Positions 16,486 to 24,000 of a DNA stretch of 24,000 bases are shown in pieces. Both the position numbers and the translations under genes were made by a program. The notes beneath the pieces were generated by a model. That model worked only from the letters and a program-made list of their open reading frames with translations. It ran no database searches and had not been told where the DNA came from. This stretch comes from Mangrovimonas aestuarii (GTDB taxonomy: Bacteria > Bacteroidota > Bacteroidia > Flavobacteriales > Flavobacteriaceae). Where the stretch lies: contig NZ_JARACK010000012.1 of assembly GCF_028767185.1 (NCBI RefSeq), positions 4,382-28,381 of the forward strand, given 5' to 3'. Numbering within the stretch: position 1 is the stretch's first letter; the number at the start of each line of letters is the position of its first letter.

Positions 16486-17118
16486 TTATTGGTTTAGTTC
16501 CTTTTTAGAGCATCCTTGAATGAGTTTGATCAATTCTTCATCGGAAGTGTTTGTAAGCATTCCTGAAGCGGCAACACCTGTTATTCCGGTTTCGTATATA
16601 GGAGTGATATCGGTTTCCAAAATTCCTCCAATGGCAAACACTGGGATATGAATGTTTCTCTCTTTGAGTTTAGTTAGAATATTATTGTAGCCTTCCAGCC
16701 CTAAAATGGGACTTAATAATTTTTTCGTAGTTGTAAATCGATATGGCCCCAAACCAATGTAATCGACACCTTGTTTGTGGAGTTCCAAGCAATCTTCGAG
16801 TGTATTTGCTGTCCCTCCTATTATTTTATACGGACCTAATATTTCTTTAGCCAATCCTGGATATGTATCATTTTTACCTAAATGAACACCATCAGCATCA
16901 ACAGTTTTAGCAACGTCAACACTATCATTGATAATCAATAATGTCTTGTATCTAGAACACATGGTTTTTGCCCGCTGAGCGGTATCGATTAGAACTTTAT
17001 CGTCTATATTTTTTAGTCGGAGTTGTACTTGTCTGCAACCAGCTTGACATACCCGTTCAATATTAGCTAAATGTTCTTCTGGCGTTTGTCCTTGTGATAT
17101 ATAATAGAGTTTTATCAT
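16486..17118 (-). CDS. thiE: Thiamine-phosphate synthase (canonical)
   Basis: The canonical ThiE motifs are present: [43 protein letters not shown]. Confidence 0.9.
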   Translation of the reverse strand: MIKLYYISQGQTPEEHLANIERVCQAGCRQVQLRLKNIDDKVLIDTAQRAKTMCSRYKTLLIINDSVDVAKTVDADGVHLGKNDTYPGLAKEILGPYKIIGGTANTLEDCLELHKQGVDYIGLGPYRFTTTKKLLSPILGLEGYNNILTKLKERNIHIPVFAIGGILETDITPIYETGITGVAASGMLTNTSDEELIKLIQGCSKKELNQ

Positions 17119-17121
17119 AGT

Positions 17122-17865
17122 TTAAGAGTGATATCCCAAAAGGGAATTATTTGAAGCTAAAAAGCGTTCTGTATATTGTTTTCCCATGTTGCAAGCTATG
17201 TCCAAAGGCTTACCCAAAGCCATATATGCAGCAATAGATGACGCTAGAACACAACCACTGCCATGCTTTTCGGAACAGTCTGAACTACTAGGGTGAAAAA
17301 CATAAATATTACCATCTGAGTCAAATAATTGATCCGTTCCTATGTTAGTATTGTTGTGCCCTCCTTTTAAAATGATATTCGTTTTTCCTTCAACTATACC
17401 AGGAATGTTTTCTTTATTTTTATCGGGAAATAATTGTTGAAACTCAAGGTAATTAGGAGTCAATAAAAAGATCTTATCCAATAAAGAATGAAAACCATTT
17501 GAAGCTTGATGGAAGCTATAATTGGTCGATGATTTTAAAATAGGATCTAAGACGATTTTTACGTTAGGATTTTTCTCTATCAGAAGATTAATCACAAACT
17601 CTAAAACCTTCCAGTTTTCAATTAATCCGATTTTCACAACATCTATCTGAAAACGTTGAAAAAGCATTTCAATTTGCGATTGAATAACTTTAACATCAGT
17701 CCAAATACAATCTTTAAAATCTTTATCTGTTTGAATGGTATTGACAGTAACAACCCCTAACCCATATACTTTTAATGTTTCGAAAGTTTTAAGATCAGCC
17801 GTTAAACCAGCACCACCACTAGGATCGAATCCAGAAATGCTCAATACCTTTGGCCTTTGTAACAT
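17122..17865 (-). CDS. thiD: Hydroxymethylpyrimidine / phosphomethylpyrimidine kinase
   Basis: N-terminal VLSISGFDPSGGAGLTADLKTF, KGGH segment, and C-terminal HGSGCVLASSIAAYMA anion-hole motif. Confidence 0.9.
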   Translation of the reverse strand: MLQRPKVLSISGFDPSGGAGLTADLKTFETLKVYGLGVVTVNTIQTDKDFKDCIWTDVKVIQSQIEMLFQRFQIDVVKIGLIENWKVLEFVINLLIEKNPNVKIVLDPILKSSTNYSFHQASNGFHSLLDKIFLLTPNYLEFQQLFPDKNKENIPGIVEGKTNIILKGGHNNTNIGTDQLFDSDGNIYVFHPSSSDCSEKHGSGCVLASSIAAYMALGKPLDIACNMGKQYTERFLASNNSLLGYHS

Positions 17866-18457
17866 AGTGTTTATAATATGCTTCTTGAATGTTTATAAAT
17901 GCCTCAAGAGGGTTGTTATGCTCCCAAATACTTCCTAAAACAGCCACACCGTTATAGCCTAAATCCTTTATCATTCCTATATTTCCCGAATCAATCCCTC
18001 CCAAACCTATTACTGCTTTAGAAATATTGTTCACGTCAAAAGCTTTCCCCAAATAGTCAGGTTTTGAAATAGAATTTAATACTGGGCTCAGTAAGTGATA
18101 ATCAAAAGGAATATCACATAATCTCAATGTTTCTAAATCATGAAAAGCAGTACTAACTGTAAATCCTGAATCTTGCATTTGCCTAACAAAATCTTCTAGT
18201 TCGCTTCCCATTTCTTCACGATTGGATTCTGTGAGATGATATCCTTTTAAGCCAAATTCATGACACAATTCAGGGTAATGGTGTATCACAATACGATCGT
18301 GATACACCATGTTTATTCCCTGTAGAAATGTTCTGTAATCATCTATTGTTGAATCAGGCTTTCTTAAATGTAACATCTTCAAACCTATTGTAAATAGACG
18401 GTTTACAACATCTTCATCAAGCTTTACTTTAATAGGACTTGTAACAACTATAAACAT
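17819..18457 (-). CDS. Divergent ThiE/TenI-family protein (second thiamine-phosphate-synthase-like paralog, possibly TenI-like)
   Basis: ThiE/TenI TIM-barrel layout (LHLRKPD.., STAFHDLETL, VIGLGGI, GVAVLGSIW). The canonical ThiE motifs are substituted: HLRK for QLR.K, IHH for IND, SISK for T.TK. The 3' end overlaps the thiD start by 47 nt. Confidence 0.75.
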   Translation of the reverse strand: MFIVVTSPIKVKLDEDVVNRLFTIGLKMLHLRKPDSTIDDYRTFLQGINMVYHDRIVIHHYPELCHEFGLKGYHLTESNREEMGSELEDFVRQMQDSGFTVSTAFHDLETLRLCDIPFDYHLLSPVLNSISKPDYLGKAFDVNNISKAVIGLGGIDSGNIGMIKDLGYNGVAVLGSIWEHNNPLEAFINIQEAYYKHYVTKAKGIEHFWIRS

Positions 18458-18460
18458 CTG

Positions 18461-20335
<1,875 letters not shown>

Positions 20336-20365
20336 CTATACAAAATATCTGTACAATGAAGAAAA

Positions 20366-20569
20366 TCAACCGCCTTGGGTCGCTTGGATAATAAGAATAT
20401 CATCATTATCCTTTAGCTCTGTTTCAGTCCAATTATATTTTGGAATTACAATATTATTAATAGCAACTGCAATGCCATTAACCGGACTTTTTAGGGTTGA
20501 TAAAAGTTGTGCAATAGAAGTGTTTACTTCCAGTTGATGTATAGTGTTGTTAACGTTTATGGTTATCAT
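20366..20569 (-). CDS. thiS: Sulfur-carrier protein ThiS
   Basis: 67 aa, ubiquitin-like, ending in the obligatory C-terminal GG (..IIQATQGG). It is the first gene after the TPP riboswitch. Confidence 0.9.
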   Translation of the reverse strand: MITINVNNTIHQLEVNTSIAQLLSTLKSPVNGIAVAINNIVIPKYNWTETELKDNDDILIIQATQGG

Positions 20570-20670
20570 TATTCTAATTTAGAATTAAAGTAATCATAAA
20601 CTTTCGGGAGGTACTACAAGAGGCTTCTTGCAGTAAAAAAGAGAGTATGAGTTGCCAAGCAACTATCTTT

Positions 20671-20749
20671 AACTTTTTCCTACGGCTGTATGAACAGCGT
20701 CAGGTTCAAAGGATATGTCTCAAACCACAAAGTGGTTACTCCTAAAGTT
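20671..20749 (-). promoter_or_regulatory. TPP (THI-box) riboswitch aptamer
   Basis: Minus-strand RNA: AACUUU-AGGAGUAACCACUUUGUGGUUUGAGACAUAUCCUUUGAACCUGACGCUGUUCAUACAGCCGUAGGAA-AAAGUU. P1 is AACUUU/AAAGUU, P3 is ACCAC/GUGGU, and P5 is GCUGU/ACAGC. The conserved UGAGA, CCUUUGAACCUGA and CGUAGGAA blocks are present. It lies ~100 nt upstream of thiS. Confidence 0.87.
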
Positions 20750-20756
20750 TACAGGG

Positions 20757-20784
20757 CAAACATAGGAATAATTAATCAATTCAA
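20757..20784 (-). promoter_or_regulatory. Candidate Bacteroidetes-type promoter of the thi operon (TTG-N17-TAtgTTTG)
   Basis: On the minus strand, TTG sits at 20784-20782 and TATGTTTG at 20764-20757, matching the TAnnTTTG -7 consensus. The predicted start falls a few nt before riboswitch P1 at 20749. Confidence 0.45.
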
Positions 20785-20975
20785 AAATGGAAAAATGTTA
20801 AATGTATAATTTACTTACAAAAAAATGAACTTGGAATAAGCCTTAAAATTGCAATAAAACTACAGGGTAATTTTTAATATTTTATACTAATATCTGGAAA
20901 GTATGTTTTAACGACTCACTGCAATGATTATTTTACACCCTAACCTGTAATTAGCATTTATTAAATGGCAAAGCT

Positions 20976-21992
20976 CTAAATTGCATCTACAATAACCTTC
21001 ACAGATTTTGAACTGTCAGCTTGTACTTCAAACGCCTTCGGCAATTCATCTAAAGAAAAATGGTGTGAAACAATAGGTGTAACATCTAATTTACCTGAGC
21101 TCACTAAATCTATTGCTTCTAAAAAATCCTCACTCGAATAAAAGAGAGATCCCATAATATTTAAACGTTTGTACACAACATTGTTGGGATCTATGGTCAT
21201 TTCTTTACTATATATTGCCAAAACCGTGAGGTTTCCATCAGGTGCCAAAAGCTCCGTTGACTGTTTTAATATTGGACTTACTCCACTACATTCAAATGCA
21301 GTGTTTAGATTAGGTAAGTTTCCAGCATAATTAAGGGAAGGCACTGTGCCAAACTGTTTTTCAATGAAATCTTTTAAATTTCCATCTGTTTTTGGATTAA
21401 AGGTATATTTTGCTCCGAGCTTTTTGGCTAACTCTAGTCGTTTTTCACTAATATCAGAAGCAATAATATTTTCTACCCCTTTTGTTTTCAAACTTGCTAT
21501 TGTCACTAGACCAATAGTTCCACACCCTGTAACCAAAACATTGTCTGTTTTTTTATATTTGGTGTTTCGTATAGCGGCCAACCCAACACTTATGGGTTCT
21601 ATTAGAGCACCTTTCTCGCTAGTCACACTATCTGGGATTGAAAATAGATTGGAGTTCTTTTGAGCATTATCAATTTTCACATATCGAGCAAACCCTCCAG
21701 GTGACAAGCCTAATCCTGTACCATCAATCATGGGGTTTACCACCACTCTTTCTCCTACTTCAAACGCATCTACTTCTGCTCCTATTTCTATTATTTTACC
21801 ACAAAATTCATGACCGATAACCGAGCCTGACGGCACTAATCCTTCATGGTAAATATGTAAGTCAGTACCACATATTCCTATCATCTCTACCTCTATAATT
21901 ACTCCTTTATCACTTATTTTAGGAGACTCTTTTTCTTCTACTCTAATATCATGTACATTATGAAATACACCTGAAGGATTCACTGGTTTCAT
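20976..21992 (-). CDS. Medium-chain (Zn-ADH family) dehydrogenase/reductase, sorbitol/threonine/butanediol-dehydrogenase-like
   Basis: Catalytic-zinc motifs GICGTDLHIYHEG and GHEFCGKIIEIG, plus the Rossmann motif LVTGCGTIGL. Substrate cannot be assigned from sequence alone. Confidence 0.85.
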   Translation of the reverse strand: MKPVNPSGVFHNVHDIRVEEKESPKISDKGVIIEVEMIGICGTDLHIYHEGLVPSGSVIGHEFCGKIIEIGAEVDAFEVGERVVVNPMIDGTGLGLSPGGFARYVKIDNAQKNSNLFSIPDSVTSEKGALIEPISVGLAAIRNTKYKKTDNVLVTGCGTIGLVTIASLKTKGVENIIASDISEKRLELAKKLGAKYTFNPKTDGNLKDFIEKQFGTVPSLNYAGNLPNLNTAFECSGVSPILKQSTELLAPDGNLTVLAIYSKEMTIDPNNVVYKRLNIMGSLFYSSEDFLEAIDLVSSGKLDVTPIVSHHFSLDELPKAFEVQADSSKSVKVIVDAI

Positions 21993-22223
21993 ACTTTATT
22001 GATTTTAACAAACAACTATTTAAACATCTAAAAAACATAAAGTTACATAATAACAAAATAGAATTCCAAGCAATTTCAATTTATATATTCTATTTTATGA
22101 ACATTCATCTATAACATGTAACTGATTTTGAGACTTACTTTTCATAAATTATTTCATTTTATGACCAACACAACTATAAGCCTATAATATTCTGAAAAAC
22201 GACTTATTATTCATCTTTCCTTA

Positions 22224-22254
22224 ATAAAAAAGCAACCTAATAATGTAGGCTGCT
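22224..22254 (-). terminator. Rho-independent terminator of the upstream M16 peptidase gene
   Basis: Minus-strand AGCAGCCUA-CAUUAU-UAGGUUGCU. The stem contains a G-U pair on this strand but an A-C mismatch on the other. It is followed by UUUUUUAUU and lies 32 nt after the stop at 22286. Confidence 0.6.
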
Positions 22255-22285
22255 TTAAAAAATCGGATTATAAAAAGTAATTTGG

Positions 22286-24000
22286 CTATATAGGGTTACC
22301 GTGGATATCTAGTTCCACTACTGGTTTTCCTAGTTTTTTCACTTCCTCCAATTGTGTAGCCTTATCGCCTACTACCACATAAATCATATCATTTTCATTG
22401 AGATAATTGCTAATGATATTTTTATAATCCTCCAAAGTCATAGCAATTAGCTCTTGTTGGTCGTTTTCAATATAATTTTTAGGCTTATTGTATTTACTGA
22501 TCCCCCTTAAGATACCAAGCTTTGCACCCAAACTTTCGTAAGCACGGGTATTCCCCTTTAGGATTTTGTCTTTAGTAAGCTGTACATCATCTTCAGAAAA
22601 ATCGGAAGGATATTGCTTCAACATATCACTTATAATTTGCAAAGACGGCAATGTGGCATTGGCACGTACATTTGTTCTAACTGTGAATGGCGCAATGGAT
22701 TTGGCTTGCGATATTCCTGAATAAGCACCATAAGTGTATCCTTTTTCAATTCTTAAGGTCTGGAACAATTTTCCACTTGAGCCACCACCTAAAATCTCAT
22801 TGGCAAAATCCAAATTATTGGCAATATCATCATCGGCAGAAACTGCTAATTTCCCAGCATAGATTACCGATTGCTTAGCGTCTGGAACATCGATAAAATA
22901 GATGGTGTTTGCTTTTGCTGTATTAGGTTCTTGGTTATAGGAAATAGCAATCTCCTCTCCCGTCCAGTCGTTTAACTGTTTCATGGTTTCCACAGCCTGT
23001 TGTTTACTCACAGCTCCTACCACGTGAATTGTAGCCGATTTAGGTGACAAGTTGCGGTAATATGTTTTTAAATCTTCCATATTGATATCTGCAACAGACT
23101 CTAAAGTCCCACTTGAAGAAACACCTAATTTATGGTTCTCTCCATACAGCAACTTACTGTATACCAGTGATGCAATAGCACTTGGGTTGGCTTCACGTCC
23201 TTTAAGGCTAGTTTCCAGAGCTTGTTTCAGTCTGCCAAATTCCTTTTGCCCCCATCGTGGTTCTAAAATCATTTCTTTTACCAACGCTACTGTTGGTTCG
23301 AAGTTTCTAGTTAAACAAGAACCGGTAATGTGAAAGTCTTCACCAGAACTGTACATGTTTATGTTGGCGCCAAGCATCCCGATGGCTTCTTCCAATTCTG
23401 CTGGTGTTTTTGTAGCCGTTCCTTCTTGCATTAAATCACCAAAAAGTGATGCCACACCTGCCTTATCATCTGGGTCAAGCATATGTCCGCCAGGAATAGT
23501 GATATCGAATTGCACCAAAGGCACTTCATTGTTTTCTATGCCATAAATATCAGCTCCGTTATCTAAAGATACTGTCCAAACATCAGGTGATTTAAATAAA
23601 GGTAATTCTCCAAAAGAAGGTTCACTCCTATCGTATTTACTTGGTGTTTTTTCATATTTGGCCTCTTCACCCTGACTAACCTCTTCACTAGCAACGTTTT
23701 GCTTTATTTCTTCCATCCAAACGGTAGCTTTGGAAGCACCGTCAACGGCCAAGTCTTTTTGTCCTTTAGGAACAACGCTGGTCATTAAATAATTTTTGTT
23801 TTTGACGTATCGGTTATAAACATCCATCACATCATCAACAGTAACGTTGTTGGTCAATCTGGCGGTCTCACTAATGTATCCTGCATCGCCTTTAAACTCA
23901 TTATCCTTAACCAACTTAAAGGCTTTTTTTAAAACAGTACTTACACCTTGGTATAATTGGGTTTCCAATTCGGCTTTTATTCGTTTTAAATCCTGCTCAC
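22286..24000 (-). CDS. M16-family peptidase paralog, C-terminal ~570 aa only (gene continues beyond the window)
   Basis: The frame stays open through nt 24000 (..EQDLKRIKAE-L-ETQLYQG), so the TTG 'start' at 23968 is internal. The domain layout and C-terminus (VVELDIHGNPI) parallel the 926-aa M16 protein at 9514-12294 (IVELDVNGNPI). Confidence 0.85.
   Translation of the reverse strand, partial: EQDLKRIKAELETQLYQGVSTVLKKAFKLVKDNEFKGDAGYISETARLTNNVTVDDVMDVYNRYVKNKNYLMTSVVPKGQKDLAVDGASKATVWMEEIKQNVASEEVSQGEEAKYEKTPSKYDRSEPSFGELPLFKSPDVWTVSLDNGADIYGIENNEVPLVQFDITIPGGHMLDPDDKAGVASLFGDLMQEGTATKTPAELEEAIGMLGANINMYSSGEDFHITGSCLTRNFEPTVALVKEMILEPRWGQKEFGRLKQALETSLKGREANPSAIASLVYSKLLYGENHKLGVSSSGTLESVADINMEDLKTYYRNLSPKSATIHVVGAVSKQQAVETMKQLNDWTGEEIAISYNQEPNTAKANTIYFIDVPDAKQSVIYAGKLAVSADDDIANNLDFANEILGGGSSGKLFQTLRIEKGYTYGAYSGISQAKSIAPFTVRTNVRANATLPSLQIISDMLKQYPSDFSEDDVQLTKDKILKGNTRAYESLGAKLGILRGISKYNKPKNYIENDQQELIAMTLEDYKNIISNYLNENDMIYVVVGDKATQLEEVKKLGKPVVELDIHGNPI

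Noticed and set aside
23966-23968. The ORF-track start (actually a TTG codon) for the right-edge M16 gene.
   Set aside because: The frame remains open to nt 24000, and 560 aa would lack the entire catalytic N-terminal half of an M16 enzyme. The gene therefore continues outside the window.

Overview
This is a low-GC segment with tightly packed genes that reads as ordinary core chromosome of a Flavobacteriia-type Bacteroidota bacterium. That assignment is inferred from three things: start codons lack Shine-Dalgarno sequences, a TAnnTTTG-type -7 promoter box is present, and the gene content includes many lipobox lipoproteins. I call 25 protein-coding genes plus one weak small-ORF candidate. I found no rRNA, tRNA, CRISPR array, transposase, integrase or other mobile-element signature. 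The main feature is a complete eight-gene thiamine-biosynthesis operon on the minus strand (thiS, thiC, thiE-like, thiD, thiE, thiG, thiH, thiF; 20569 down to 13526). A TPP riboswitch that can be read directly in the sequence (aptamer 20671-20749) and a candidate Bacteroidetes-type promoter precede it. The other genes are: a 5'-truncated DEAD-box helicase next to a long cold-shock-domain protein; an AlaDH-family dehydrogenase coupled to a small membrane protein; a DUF72/thioesterase pair; a lipocalin-like plus glycine-zipper OmpA lipoprotein pair; a Crp/Fnr regulator; an FA2H/Scs7-like fatty acid hydroxylase; a DinB-fold protein; a coiled-coil OmpA/MotB lipoprotein; a Zn-ADH-family dehydrogenase; and two paralogous M16 peptidases, the second running off the 3' edge. 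I did not find a convincing novel multi-gene system. The least explained stretch is a 722-bp gene-free gap between two convergent genes (7360-8081). It holds a 46-codon transmembrane mini-ORF, a perfect 10-bp hairpin, an 11-nt direct repeat spaced exactly 100 bp apart, a palindrome and a candidate promoter. All protein assignments rest on motifs read by eye, because no database search was possible.
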